DNA of 64,000 bases from an uncultured Verrucomicrobiae bacterium (GCA_963813025.1 CAWEXO010000013.1:1-64000), one strand, 5' to 3'. Shown: positions 31,798 to 42,296, counted from the stretch's first letter. Notes: generated by a model not told the origin, from the letters alone. Translations and numbers: made by a program.

Positions 31798-32061
31798 TCA
31801 AAGCAGACCGGCTTCCTTCAAAGTCGCATAAGCGCCGTTTTTGGCGATCGTTTTGACCGCTCGCGCGCTCAATTTGACGGTGACGAATTTGTTCAGCTCA
31901 GGCACCCAGATGCGGCGTGTCTTCAAGTTTGGCAGGAAAAGGCGCGGAGTGTTCGCCGTGACGTGCTGTCCGACGCCACCCTTCTTTTTGGCGAGACCGC
32001 GTCGGTGAATGATACTGCCCCTCGAGGGTTTCGCCCCTGTAACGCTGCAAACTCTAGACAT
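31798..32061 (-). CDS. rpmB: 50S ribosomal protein L28
   Basis: MSRVCSVTG...RRGLAKKKGGVG...RLFLPNL. Confidence 0.95.
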   Translation of the reverse strand: MSRVCSVTGAKPSRGSIIHRRGLAKKKGGVGQHVTANTPRLFLPNLKTRRIWVPELNKFVTVKLSARAVKTIAKNGAYATLKEAGLL

Positions 32062-32158
32062 AAGCGCTTCCTTTTTTGAAGAGCCCGGAAGATGCCCGGT
32101 ACCGAGCGGTGAGTCAAGGGAAAGAAATGCTTCTGGCTCACGCATCACTCGTATTGGG

Positions 32159-32639
32159 CTACTTTGAGGCGCTATGGTGAATCTCATCCACCCAATACAC
32201 GTCTTCCGGCGCTTCGACCGGATTGATAGCTAGATTCACGACCACGGTCTCGCCTCCGCTCCTGACAAGAACGCAGCTAAGCGGTTCATCGCGGCTGGCG
32301 TTTATCTCCTGATGCGGAACAAACGGCGGCACATAAATAAAGTCTCCTGGGCCAGCTTCCGCCAAATACTCCAATTTTTCTCCCCAGCGCATGCGGGCTC
32401 GCCCGCTTTACCACGTAAATCACACTTTCCAATGCGCCGTGGTGATGCGCCCCGGTTTTTGCATTGGGATGAATGGTCACGGTCCCTGCCCACAATTTTT
32501 CCGCTCCGGTACGCGCATGAGTGATCGCGGCCGCGCGATCCATACCCGGTGTTTGCGGTGTGTTGTTATCGAGTTGATTGCCCCGAATAATTTTCACGCC
32601 GTTTGCTCGCCAGTCGATTTTGGAATCTTCCAAGGGCAT
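32159..32639 (-). pseudogene. Cupin-domain protein split by one frameshift (~32405; may be sequencing error)
   Basis: KTGAHHHGALESVIYVV / MRWGEKLEY.AEAGPGDFIYVPPFVPHQEIN in different frames. Confidence 0.75.
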
Positions 32640-32724
32640 CCAATACATTCGTATGAGTCGAGCCGAGTTAAAGCAAAAGGTCAGGTGGCGCGACAGATTC
32701 CGCGCTACCCCGGAGCGTTTACCT

Positions 32725-33924
32725 TTACGCGTACGAACTCGCTCCGGAGAGGCCCAGCGCTGCCCGGCGCGCTTTTCTTTCTTGGCCCACGCGCGCTTCG
32801 TAGCCGTTTTCCCGGAAAGCCCGGAGGGGATCGACCGGTAATCCGCGGCGCGTGCGCCACTCTGCTAACGCCGGGCGCACATCAGTGGAGAACGCATCGC
32901 GCAAACATTCTTCCGCATCAATCTGTTCGTTTCGCGCCTGATGCCGCGCGAGTTTTTCATGGTCGACCAGCGCAGCCTTCGCAAAAAGTTCCTGTGCGGA
33001 GTTCACCGTCTGGATGGTCGCCTCGATTTTCGATTTATCGTTATGCGATTGATCGATCATGTAAGGAATTTCGGGGTGTTCGCCGGTTTCCGCTGCATAA
33101 AAAAGGATTTCGTGAAAGATCCGGAATATTTGATACGGATCGATCGAACCAAGCGTCAGATCGTCATCGGCATACCGTCGATCGTTGAAATGGAACCCGC
33201 CAAGCATTCTCTCACCCAGAAGCCAGGCAACAATCTGCTCAATATTCTGCCCCTGGTAGTGGTGGCCGGTATCGACGAGGACTTTGGCCTGTGATCCCGC
33301 CGCCATGGAAAGAATATAGGCCATTCCCCAATCAGCGATGTCGGTATGATAAAATGCTGGTTCGAAGGGCTTGTACTCAACCAGGAGAATTTGGCCTGGT
33401 GCGAGGTGATGGTGGATCTCCTGCAATGCCGCGGTCAGCACCTGCTTTCGCCACCGGATATTCGCTTGACCCGGATAATTCGAGCCTTCCGCGAGCCAGA
33501 GAGAGATGAGTTTGCTGTCGACCGCTTTGGCCAGCTCTACGCTCTCGAGCGTATGAGCCAAGGCCATCTTACGGACACTCGCATCTGTATTGCAAAGCGC
33601 TCCGTATTTGTAGACTTGGTCCTGAAAGAGATTGGGATTAATCGCTCCGATGGTGATGCCATTTTTCTTAGCGATATCGCTCACCTCTCGGGGATCCTGG
33701 CTAGGCCGGAAATCCCAAAGCACATGTACAGCCATGCTCGGGCAACAGCCGGTGAGGTCGTTGACTTGGCTGGCGTCAGCCAGCTTGTCGTTAATGTCGA
33801 TCGCGGCAGCGTCCTGCAAGAATTTGCCAAACCTTGTGCCCGTATCGGCGAAACCCCAGGAAGGAAGTTCAATACGGAAATCGTCCAGCGCTACTAACAC
33901 GGCAGCAATTTGCGAATCGTTCAT
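32725..33924 (-). CDS. L-rhamnose isomerase (RhaI-type) / sugar isomerase
   Basis: IELPSWGFADTGTRF, EYKPFEPAFYHTDIADWG, FHFNDRRYADDDL, MIDQSH. Confidence 0.88.
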   Translation of the reverse strand: MNDSQIAAVLVALDDFRIELPSWGFADTGTRFGKFLQDAAAIDINDKLADASQVNDLTGCCPSMAVHVLWDFRPSQDPREVSDIAKKNGITIGAINPNLFQDQVYKYGALCNTDASVRKMALAHTLESVELAKAVDSKLISLWLAEGSNYPGQANIRWRKQVLTAALQEIHHHLAPGQILLVEYKPFEPAFYHTDIADWGMAYILSMAAGSQAKVLVDTGHHYQGQNIEQIVAWLLGERMLGGFHFNDRRYADDDLTLGSIDPYQIFRIFHEILFYAAETGEHPEIPYMIDQSHNDKSKIEATIQTVNSAQELFAKAALVDHEKLARHQARNEQIDAEECLRDAFSTDVRPALAEWRTRRGLPVDPLRAFRENGYEARVGQERKARRAALGLSGASSYA

Positions 33925-34042
33925 AGAAGAGAGTGACGAATGCTCACCTGCGATCTTTGCTAAAAAAATGATTGTCCCGTTTCTCCGGATCAGGCTTGGT
34001 CTGCGGATCCTATTCCTGTCGTGAAGATCCCGGCCCGACGCT

Positions 34043-35020
34043 CTACTTCGAATGGATGACGATTTCTACGCGGCGGTTTAGCTGCTGTTCCTCGACCGAC
34101 CGATCCGCCGGGACGATGAGCCGTGATTTTCCGAATCCCTGCGCCTGGATTCTGCCCGGATCGATGCCCATGTTCTGGACCAGCCAGGCCTTCACCGTCT
34201 CCGCGCGCCGCTGGCTGAGGTCGAAATTATATTGTTCACTGCCAAAGGAGTCGGTGTATCCTTCCACCCGAAAAACTGCTTGCGGGTTACGCTGAATCAA
34301 GCGCCCTAATTTGTCGAGACTGGTGGTCGCGCCGGATCGCAAATTAGCGGAGTCATAATCGAAAAGGAGATCGGTCGGCATCAAAATCGGCGCTGTGCCA
34401 TGCCCCACGCGGCCCGTGCCTCCCAATAAATCGTCGAGGTTACTGTAGCCGGCGGGAATCCCGGCCGTGCGGGCGGTGGCCGAATCACTTGCGTCCGGAT
34501 TGTCTGTCTGTCCGCGTCGATCCCGGTTTCCGGAAGCCAACTTTGGCCGGGAAGGGTTCGGCTTATCGTTGAGCAACTGCTGCCGGATGTCGCTCAAATC
34601 TTTATCGAGGGCGATAGCGCTCTCGGCCTTAGCTTTGGCGGCGGCGGTCAGGGCGGACTTGGTGTCGACGCTCGGTTTTTCTTTAAAATCCGGTATTTCC
34701 GGAGAACTGACCTCGGGAGTGGCGCGCAACTCCCGCATATCGGCCGAACCATCGAACTGATTCAGTGCGGCAATCGCCACGGCCGAAGGGGCAGTGCTGC
34801 CGGCTTTATGGTCCGGCTGCGGAGAAGACTCCAGCAATTTTTGGCTGATCTGGAGGCGATTGACGGTGAAGACGCGGGGAACAAGCCGGGGAGCCTCGGA
34901 CGTGGTGAACCGATCGAGCTTTTGCTGGCTAAATCCGTAGAAAAGAACCCCGTGTGCCAGGAGCGACAGCAGGACGGCTGGTAGAAACCATTGCCGCAGC
35001 GAGACCGCGCTGTCTGACAT
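34043..35020 (-). CDS. OmpA-family protein with N-terminal membrane anchor
   Basis: LLFDYDSA, VEGYTDSFG..YN.DLSQRRA, GFGK, NRRVEI. Confidence 0.88.
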   Translation of the reverse strand: MSDSAVSLRQWFLPAVLLSLLAHGVLFYGFSQQKLDRFTTSEAPRLVPRVFTVNRLQISQKLLESSPQPDHKAGSTAPSAVAIAALNQFDGSADMRELRATPEVSSPEIPDFKEKPSVDTKSALTAAAKAKAESAIALDKDLSDIRQQLLNDKPNPSRPKLASGNRDRRGQTDNPDASDSATARTAGIPAGYSNLDDLLGGTGRVGHGTAPILMPTDLLFDYDSANLRSGATTSLDKLGRLIQRNPQAVFRVEGYTDSFGSEQYNFDLSQRRAETVKAWLVQNMGIDPGRIQAQGFGKSRLIVPADRSVEEQQLNRRVEIVIHSK

Positions 35021-35069
35021 CGAGTCCTCCGGGTAGTACGACATGGGGGCAGTGTAGGAGCGGGGAAGG

Positions 35070-35330
35070 GATCAGTCAATTGAGCGGAGAGATTGGAGGT
35101 TACAGTCAATCGAGCGGCGGGAGCGGCGGGAGCGGTTTCAGCGGAGGGATGTAGCGCTAAATCTCAGAATTGAACAACTGACCAAGCACTCAGGCGCGGA
35201 ATACGTCGAGCTTTTTTTTGGGGTCGGGGATGCTGAACAATTCGTAGTTCCCCAGCTGTCCAGTTACCTCCGTCCGCTGAAACCGCTCCCGCCGCTTCCT
35301 CCGCTCAATTGACTGTAACATGTAAGCTGG
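35070..35330. repeat. Inverted-repeat element built on (gagcggNgg) nonamers; further copies ~36040-36320 and split at 40593-40660 / 41700-41765
   Basis: cagtcaatcgagcggcgggagcggtttcagcgga ... tccgctgaaaccgctcccgccgcttcctccgctcaattgactg. Confidence 0.8.
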
Positions 35331-35365
35331 CAGCTGCCAGCGAGCTGTGGCAATCTTGCGTCCTT

Positions 35366-36025
35366 ATGGCCCGAGACAGCGATGCGACCGAACGTATGGA
35401 GAGAATCGTGAGCCTGTGCAAACGCCGAAGCTTCATCTTCCAATCCAGCGAGATCTACGGCGGTCTGAATGGAGCGTGGGATTACGGTCCGGTCGGGGTC
35501 GAGCTCAAGCGAAACGTCAAGGACTTCTGGTGGCGCCGCATGGTTCGGGAGCGCGATGACGTGGTTGGTATGGACGGTTCAATCCTGATGAACCGGCAGG
35601 TGTGGGTGGCCAGCGGGCACGAGAAAACCTTCACGGATCCAATGGTCGATTGCCGGAATTGTCAGGCGCGGTTACGCGCCGATCAGTTGGTAATCAAAGA
35701 TGGAAAAAGACAGTGCCCAGTCTGTGGCAGCCCAGATTTGACCGACCCGCGCGAGTTTAACTTGATGTTCAAGACTTATGTCGGTGCGACGGAGGACGAG
35801 TCGTCCTTGACTTATCTCCGTCCGAAAACGGCCCAGGCGATCTTTGTGCAATTCAAGAACGTCCTGGAAACGTCCCGCAAGAAACTGCCCTTTGGTATTG
35901 CGCAAATCGGCAAAGCGTTCCGGAACGAGATCGATCCCCGGAACTTTATTTTTCGCTCGCGGGAATTTGAGCAGATGGAACTGGAGTATTTCTGCCGTCC
36001 GGAACAAGGTCTAGGGGCAGTGTAG
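35366..36025 (+). pseudogene. glyQS: Truncated duplicate of glycine--tRNA ligase
   Basis: Stops after motif 2; LRPKTAQ and KRRSF replace conserved LRPETAQ and KRRGF. Confidence 0.88.
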
Positions 36026-36354
36026 GAGCGGGGAAGGGATCAGTCAATTGAGCGGAGAGATTGGAGGTTACAGTCAATCGAGCGGCGGGAGCGGTTTCAG
36101 CGGAGGGATGTAGCGCTAAATCTCAGAATTGAACAACTGACCAAGCACTCAGGCGCGGAATACGTCGAGCTTTTTTTTGGGGTCGGGGATGCTGAACAAT
36201 TCGTAGTTCCCCAGCTGTCCAGTTACCTCCGTCCGCTGAAACCGCTCCCGCCGCTTCCTCCGCTCGATTGACTGTAACCTCCAATCTCTCCGCTCAATTG
36301 ACTGTAACATGTAAGCTGGCAGCTGCCAGCGAGCTGTGGCAATCTTGCGTCCTT

Positions 36355-37719
36355 ATGGCCCGAGACAGCGATGCGACCGAACGCATGGAGAGAATCGTGA
36401 GCCTGTGCAAACGTCGAGGCTTCATCTTCCAATCCAGCGAGATCTACGGCGGTCTGAATGGAGCGTGGGATTACGGTCCGGTCGGGGTCGAGCTCAAGCG
36501 AAACGTCAAGGACTTCTGGTGGCGCCGCATGGTTCGGGAGCGCGATGACGTGGTTGGTATGGACGGTTCAATCCTGATGAACCGGCAGGTGTGGGTGGCC
36601 AGCGGGCACGAGAGAACCTTCACGGATCCAATGGTCGATTGCCGGAATTGTCAGGCGCGGCTACGCGCCGATCAGTTGGCAATCAAAGATGGAAAAAGAC
36701 AGTGCCCAGTCTGTGGCAGCCCAGATTTGACCGACCCGCGCGAGTTTAACTTGATGTTCAAGACTTATGTCGGTGCGACGGAGGACGAGTCGTCCTTGAC
36801 TTATCTCCGTCCGGAAACGGCCCAAGCGATCTTTGTACAATTTAAGAACGTCCTGGAAACGTCCCGCAAGAAACTGCCCTTCGGTATTGCGCAAATCGGC
36901 AAAGCGTTCCGGAACGAGATCAATCCCCGGAACTTTACTTTTCGCTCGCGGGAATTTGAGCAGATGGAACTGGAGTATTTCTGCCGTCCGGCACAAGGTC
37001 TGGAACTCTTGGAGTACTGGTTGCAAGAGCGACTGCGTTTTTATTCGGATATCGGTCTACCGGCATCGCATCTGCATGTTCATAAGATTGCTCCGGAGGA
37101 ATTGGCGTTCTACTCCAAAGGTACTTACGACATCGAATTCCAGTTTCCGTTCGGCATTCAGGAGTTGGAAGGGGTGGCCTATCGAACCGACTTCGATCTG
37201 AGTCAACACCAGAAACTGAGCGGGAAACCGCTCGAATATTTTGACGACGAACGCAAGACCCATTCCATCCCGCACGTTGTCGAGCCGAGCGCCGGCGTTG
37301 ATCGCACAGTCCTGGCGCTGCTTTGTGCCGCTTATGAAGAGGACGCGGTAACGGATGAACAAGGGAAGAGCGAGATGCGCACCGTGATGCGCTTTCATCC
37401 GCGGATGGCTCCGATAAAGTGCGGCGTGTTTCCCCTGCTAAAAAACCAGCCGCGCCTGGTCGAATCGGCACGTCAGATTCAAAATATTTTGCGGAGCGAA
37501 ATGATGGTTTTTTACGACGAAACAGGTGCGATTGGACGCCGCTACCGCCGCCAGGACGAGATCGGTACTCCGTTCTGCGTAACAGTCGATTTTGATACCA
37601 TTGGGGAGAACGGTCCGGCCAACCGGGATACGGTGACCTTGCGGGAACGGGATTCAATGAAACAGGTGAGAGTCGCGATCAAAGATCTACCGGATCTTTT
37701 GCGCGAAAGGCTCCGCTGA
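36355..37719 (+). CDS. glyQS: Glycine--tRNA ligase (alpha2 type)
   Basis: [49 protein letters not shown]. Confidence 0.96.
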   Translation: MARDSDATERMERIVSLCKRRGFIFQSSEIYGGLNGAWDYGPVGVELKRNVKDFWWRRMVRERDDVVGMDGSILMNRQVWVASGHERTFTDPMVDCRNCQARLRADQLAIKDGKRQCPVCGSPDLTDPREFNLMFKTYVGATEDESSLTYLRPETAQAIFVQFKNVLETSRKKLPFGIAQIGKAFRNEINPRNFTFRSREFEQMELEYFCRPAQGLELLEYWLQERLRFYSDIGLPASHLHVHKIAPEELAFYSKGTYDIEFQFPFGIQELEGVAYRTDFDLSQHQKLSGKPLEYFDDERKTHSIPHVVEPSAGVDRTVLALLCAAYEEDAVTDEQGKSEMRTVMRFHPRMAPIKCGVFPLLKNQPRLVESARQIQNILRSEMMVFYDETGAIGRRYRRQDEIGTPFCVTVDFDTIGENGPANRDTVTLRERDSMKQVRVAIKDLPDLLRERLR

Positions 37720-37741
37720 TTCGGAGCAGGGTTGAACCCTG

Positions 37742-38056
37742 CTAGTGCACCGTCCCTCATATAATGGTGTCGTCGTTGCGTTCAAAATGGGCCGCCGGCA
37801 AGGCGGTCCGAGCCGGACTGGCATTAGGAGGGCGCATATCTAAATCGATACGTAACCGACGAGCAACGCAGCCGGCGGCCCATTTTCAACGCAACCCTTT
37901 GGGCCGCGGCTAGTTGGCTGTTTTTCGGCGTTGCTTCCGCCAGTCCGGCTCGGACTCGATCCGTATGAATTCAGATATGGGTGCTTCGCTCGCGTCTTGA
38001 AAAACAGCCGACTGACCTGCGGTGATGCCATCATTATATGAGAGACGGTGCACTAG
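37742..38056. mobile_element. MITE with 25-bp TIRs and CTAG ends
   Basis: ctagtgcaccgtccctcatataatg ... cattatatgagagacggtgcactag; no transposase; internal hairpin gttgcgttcaaaatgggccgccggc/gccggcggcccattttcaacgcaac. Confidence 0.85.
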
Positions 38057-38068
38057 CTAGTTCCCCAG

Positions 38069-38357
38069 AACTCTGCGCGTTCTTTTTGCGGCAAGAAACA
38101 CTGGATTGATTGCCTTGGGCATCTCGACGTAGAAAGTAGGCAGCAGTGGGTCGGCAGTTAAGACCGGTGTGGCATTGGAGCTTTATGCCCGATAGCTAGT
38201 TTGGTTCCGAGCGTTTTGGTTGTTGCATTAGCGAAGCTCCAGATCGGGTTGTTTGCCGATCTGGAGCTATCCTGTTTAGGAGATTTCTCTCTATCTACCA
38301 ACTCGGGCCGATGCGCTGCAGTGTGAAAGCAAGAACAACATCTAACCCAAGAGAGGT
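38069..38357 (+). ncRNA. Candidate bridge RNA in IS110 left non-coding end
   Basis: Perfect 13-bp hairpin 38235-38268; ttaggaga 38276-38283 matches the predicted right-end/left-end circle junction. Confidence 0.45.
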
Positions 38358-39749
38358 ATGGCAAAGAAAACCACGACCAAGCGAAAGAACAAATCAAAAA
38401 CTCACCGGAGTGTTCTGGAACGGATCAATCTCAAGGCCGCAGGAATCGATATCGGGGCGAATTTTCACCTGGTGGCCATTCCCGAAGACCGCGGCTCAGA
38501 AACGGTGCGCAAGTTTGGCCCTTTTACGAGCGATCTGCAGCGGATGGCTGACTGGCTGAGCGAACACCACATTGAGACCGTAGTGATGGAATCAACGGGG
38601 GTTTATTGGATACCGGTGTTCCAGATTCTGGAGCAGAGAGGGTTGGAGGTAAAATTGGTCAACGCAGCTCATGTCAAGAATCTGCCTGGACGCAAAAGCG
38701 ACGTCTCGGACTGCCAATGGCTTCAACAACTCCACACCTTTGGTCTTTTAAACGGCTCGTTCCGACCCAAGGACGAGGTCTGCGTCTTGCGCAGCTTCCT
38801 GCGCCTGCGCGACACCTTGGTTAAGGACTGCAGCAGCCATGTGTTACGCATGCAGAAGGCCTTAACCGAAATGAATATCCAAGTGCACCGCGTGTTGAGC
38901 GACATCACCGGTTATAGTGGCATGGCGATGATTCGGGCGATTTTGGCCGGAGAACGCAATCCGCTCAAGCTTGCCCAGATGAAACACCCCCAAGTGAAAG
39001 CATCCACTGATCAGATCGTCAAAGCCTTACAGGGAGATTACCGAGCCGAGCATCTCTTCGCCTTGCAAACGGCCCTGGAACTCTATGACACCTACCAGCT
39101 CAAGATCACCGCCTGCGAAAGCAAGATTGAGCAACAACTTGAGCAATTCGACACTAAACTAGATTTGGAGCAAGCCCTCGAGCAAAGCGGGGCGGCCCAA
39201 GCACGGTCGGCCCAAGTTCGCCTAGCCCTGCAGCGCCGAGCGCATCTGGCCAGCGTTTGTGGTGTCGATCTGAGTCAGTTGCCTGGCTTGAGCACCTTGG
39301 CGGTGGAAGTCATCATTTCGGAAACGGGTTTAGACATGACCTGTTGGAAAAGCGAAAAACACTTTTGCTCCTGGCTTAAACTCTGTCCGGACAATCGCAT
39401 CAGCGGCGGCAAACTGCTCAGTTCCAGCCCCAGAAAAACCAAGAATCGCGCGGCGGCCATGTTCCGGCTGGCGGCCCAAGGAGCCATGCAAAGTAAGACG
39501 GCCATCGGCGCTTTTATCCGCCGCATCAAAGCCCGATTGGGGGCACCCACCGCCATCAACGCCGGAGCTCATAAACTGGCACGCTTGTTCTATCGCATGC
39601 TCAAGTTCGGAGCTGCCTATGTCGAGCAAGGGCAACTCTACTACGAGAAAAAATACAAAGACCGCCTACTTCACAATCTCAGCCGACGAGCCAAAGAATT
39701 CGGACTCCAACTCACGCCTCTAGACCCAGCCACGGATTTAGTTTCTTAG
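38358..39749 (+). CDS. IS110-family transposase/recombinase
   Basis: AGIDIG, VVMESTGVYWIP, GRKSDVSD, LPGL, LCPDNRISGG. Confidence 0.94.
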   Translation: MAKKTTTKRKNKSKTHRSVLERINLKAAGIDIGANFHLVAIPEDRGSETVRKFGPFTSDLQRMADWLSEHHIETVVMESTGVYWIPVFQILEQRGLEVKLVNAAHVKNLPGRKSDVSDCQWLQQLHTFGLLNGSFRPKDEVCVLRSFLRLRDTLVKDCSSHVLRMQKALTEMNIQVHRVLSDITGYSGMAMIRAILAGERNPLKLAQMKHPQVKASTDQIVKALQGDYRAEHLFALQTALELYDTYQLKITACESKIEQQLEQFDTKLDLEQALEQSGAAQARSAQVRLALQRRAHLASVCGVDLSQLPGLSTLAVEVIISETGLDMTCWKSEKHFCSWLKLCPDNRISGGKLLSSSPRKTKNRAAAMFRLAAQGAMQSKTAIGAFIRRIKARLGAPTAINAGAHKLARLFYRMLKFGAAYVEQGQLYYEKKYKDRLLHNLSRRAKEFGLQLTPLDPATDLVS

Positions 39750-39840
39750 GAGGAGAGTCCTTGAACGCTGAAATTTGCTGTAGACGAATCAAGTTTTTTT
39801 CAGTCTGAGGCGCCGCCTCGCTAGGTTTGTTGCTAAAAAA

Positions 39841-40584
39841 ATGTCGGTACCCTCCCCAAGTTCCTTCCCGCACAGTGAAAAACCGCCGGTGCGCCGAAAA
39901 AAGACGCCGCCCGGAGTCTGGGTCGTTGTCGGAATTGGGGTGTTTTTTGTGCTGATCGCTCTCGGGATAAGCGCGCTGATCGTTTTCAAGAGCGTCATCG
40001 CTCTGAAGCCCGCCGCGATGGGTTTGATAACAGCCACCCCATCGCCGGCTCCTTTGGCAAAGACTCCGGAACTGGGCGAGGGCGTTCAGGCAACGCAAGA
40101 GAGTCCGCCCATAACGGAGGCGACAGCCGATTCGCAGGAGGTGGACGATACGCGACGGGAGGTTTTGAAGCGCATCGACCTGATGCCCGAGCTTTCCCAG
40201 AAGGATAAAGATCAACTTTATGCTCAAGTCGAAAGAGCTCGCGGTTTTTCAAAAATCGCCGTGATACCCTTTCCAACCGGGAAAAGCTCTCTCGGATCGG
40301 CCCAGATCGAGGAGGTGATTAAACGTATCGAGGATGAGCAGGTACACCATCTGCTGGACGATCCCACCGTCGTGCTCGTGATGGTGGGTTATGCTGATAA
40401 ACAGGGCGATCAGGCCAAAAACCGGGAGATTTCCCGAACGCGCGCCGAGGCGGTGGTGAAAGCGATCAAAGACAAGCTGAACCCGATGAATATCATGCAT
40501 GCGGTTGGCATGGGCGGTCAGGATTTGTTTGGGAGCACGCTGGACAAAAACCGGGTGGTCGAGATCTGGGCGGTTGAGCCCTGA
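39841..40584 (+). CDS. Membrane-anchored OmpA-like domain protein
   Basis: TM segment; GYADKQG..KN.EISRTRA, NRVVEIW. Confidence 0.8.
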   Translation: MSVPSPSSFPHSEKPPVRRKKTPPGVWVVVGIGVFFVLIALGISALIVFKSVIALKPAAMGLITATPSPAPLAKTPELGEGVQATQESPPITEATADSQEVDDTRREVLKRIDLMPELSQKDKDQLYAQVERARGFSKIAVIPFPTGKSSLGSAQIEEVIKRIEDEQVHHLLDDPTVVLVMVGYADKQGDQAKNREISRTRAEAVVKAIKDKLNPMNIMHAVGMGGQDLFGSTLDKNRVVEIWAVEP

Positions 40585-40685
40585 TTACAGTTGAGCAGCT
40601 GACATGTACCAGTCATTCGAGCGGAGGGAGCGGAGGGAGCGGTTTCAGCGGAGGGATGGAGCGGGACAGTTGAAGAATTTCGAAC

Positions 40686-41601
40686 GAGCGTGTTCGGAGG
40701 TTTGTGTGTGGGTCACAACCTGAGATAGAAGATGGAAGTGACTAAACAAAAACGCCAAGGACAAGCAGAACAGAAGCGGGAGATCGATCCGAGCCTGATC
40801 GATGAGCTCATGAAGGGCTACGAGCGGCCCGAGGATGTGGTGGGAAGTGGAGGGATCCTGGAGCAACTCACCAAACGGCTCTACGAGCGGATTTTGGGAA
40901 CCGAAATGAGCCATCATTTGGGCTACCAGAAGGGCCAGGCGCCCAAGTGCGCAGAGGGGGTGGTACGGGAGAACTACCGCAACGGAGCCAGCAAAAAGAC
41001 CCTGCTGACCGAGGAAGGCGAGCTGCAAATCGACATCCCACGGGAGCGCGCTGGGCAATTTGAACCTCATTTTATCCGCAAGGGCCAGAAGCGTTTTAAC
41101 GGTTTCGATGCGTCCAAAGCTGGCGCAGAGTCTGGGACCAAGTCGTCCCGTTCTTTGCCTATCCGGCCGAGATCCGCCGAATCATTTACACGACCAACGC
41201 GATCGAAAGTCTGCACATGCAATTACGCAAGATACTCAAAACCCGCGGACATTTTCCCAGCGACGAAGCGGCTAGCAAATTGATTTAGCTTGCCTTGGGC
41301 AACATTACCAAAAGATGGAAAAATCCGCCGGTGCCCTGGAAGCTGGCCGCGCCGCAATTTGCGATCCAATTCGGCGAACGATTTTTGGCGGCTGACGCCG
41401 CCCTGTAAGCATGAGAAAAGTGGCAAGTTGTTGCCGAGGACTTGAACAACGCCAAAGCCCGTTGCTCACAGCTCGCCCGGCGCTGGACCGACCGCCTGGA
41501 GGGCGGTCTCGCCGGCTCGAGCTGCCGTCCTCAGAACAACTTGCCCGGAGGTTAGACAGCAAAGCAAAAAACGACCCACACACAAAAAAGCCGACATTAC
41601 C
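40686..41601 (+). mobile_element. IS256-family element with internally deleted transposase
   Basis: NYRNG...IDIPRER.G.FEP..KGQKRFNGFD joined out of frame to YTTNAIES...RGHFPSDEAA; IR-like ends; near-TSD tttcgaac/ttccgaac. Confidence 0.85.
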
Positions 41602-41895
41602 TTCCGAACAGTCTAGCATCCCAGAAGGCCAAACACCTGGACGGCTATTTTACGCCGGCAAGGCGTGGCCAGTTGTTCAGTTGTGAGCTTTAACGCTATC
41701 TTCCTCCGCTGAAACCGCTCCCTCCGCTTCCTCCGCTCAATTGACTGGTACCTGTCAGCTGCTCAGCTGCAAGTTTGGGAGCCAGCGATTGGGGAAGCGT
41801 CATTTCTTACAAATTCTATAATTTGTAGAATCGCCAGTTGACTTTTTGCATTTTTTCGGTTGCTCAGCCCTGTCAGTGTTCTTAGATTCCTCGTT

Positions 41896-41956
41896 ACCAG
41901 CTCGATTGGCCCCCAGAACCGTGTTCCCCCTCTGATCGAGCTGGTTTTGCTTTTTT
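41896..41956 (+). terminator. Stem-loop with C-rich loop and T tail (terminator or small RNA 3' end)
   Basis: accagctcgat-N28-atcgagctggt-tttgctttttt. Confidence 0.45.
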
Positions 41957-42296
41957 CATGAGGAATTGCCGACAATTCCGTACGTGTGGGTGCTTCTCGT
42001 CCGAGAAGCCTTCGTCGCGGCCCCAATATGCAACGGCACAACCACTTTACCAGAGGGCGCGCCGTAGCCTTGCGGAGGTGGCCCGGTCGTCCGGATTCGC
42101 AAGGCAGCTCGCGATCAAATGGTCAAGCAGGAGCTTGACCCTACCTACCGTTATAATGGTTGCGATCCCGACGGGCAGGTCACCTCCGCTCGATACGACG
42201 GCTGTGATACGGCAAGCATGTCCCGGGTTGTCGAGACGAAAAAAATGTGCGCCGGGAGACTTACGTCGCGCTGCGGCCCCACGCTACTGGAGTGTT

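Larger units (their letters stand above)
35046..37001 (+). repeat. Tandem duplication ~0.97 kb (35046-36012 / 36014-37001) of upstream region + 5' glyQS
   Basis: ggggcagtgtaggagcggggaagg at 35046 and 36014; copies differ by scattered substitutions. Confidence 0.93.

Noticed and set aside
35245..38068. tagttccccag shared by repeat spacers (35245, 36204) and the IS110 left flank (38058)
   Set aside because: An 11-nt match with different downstream sequence; insufficient to call a target motif
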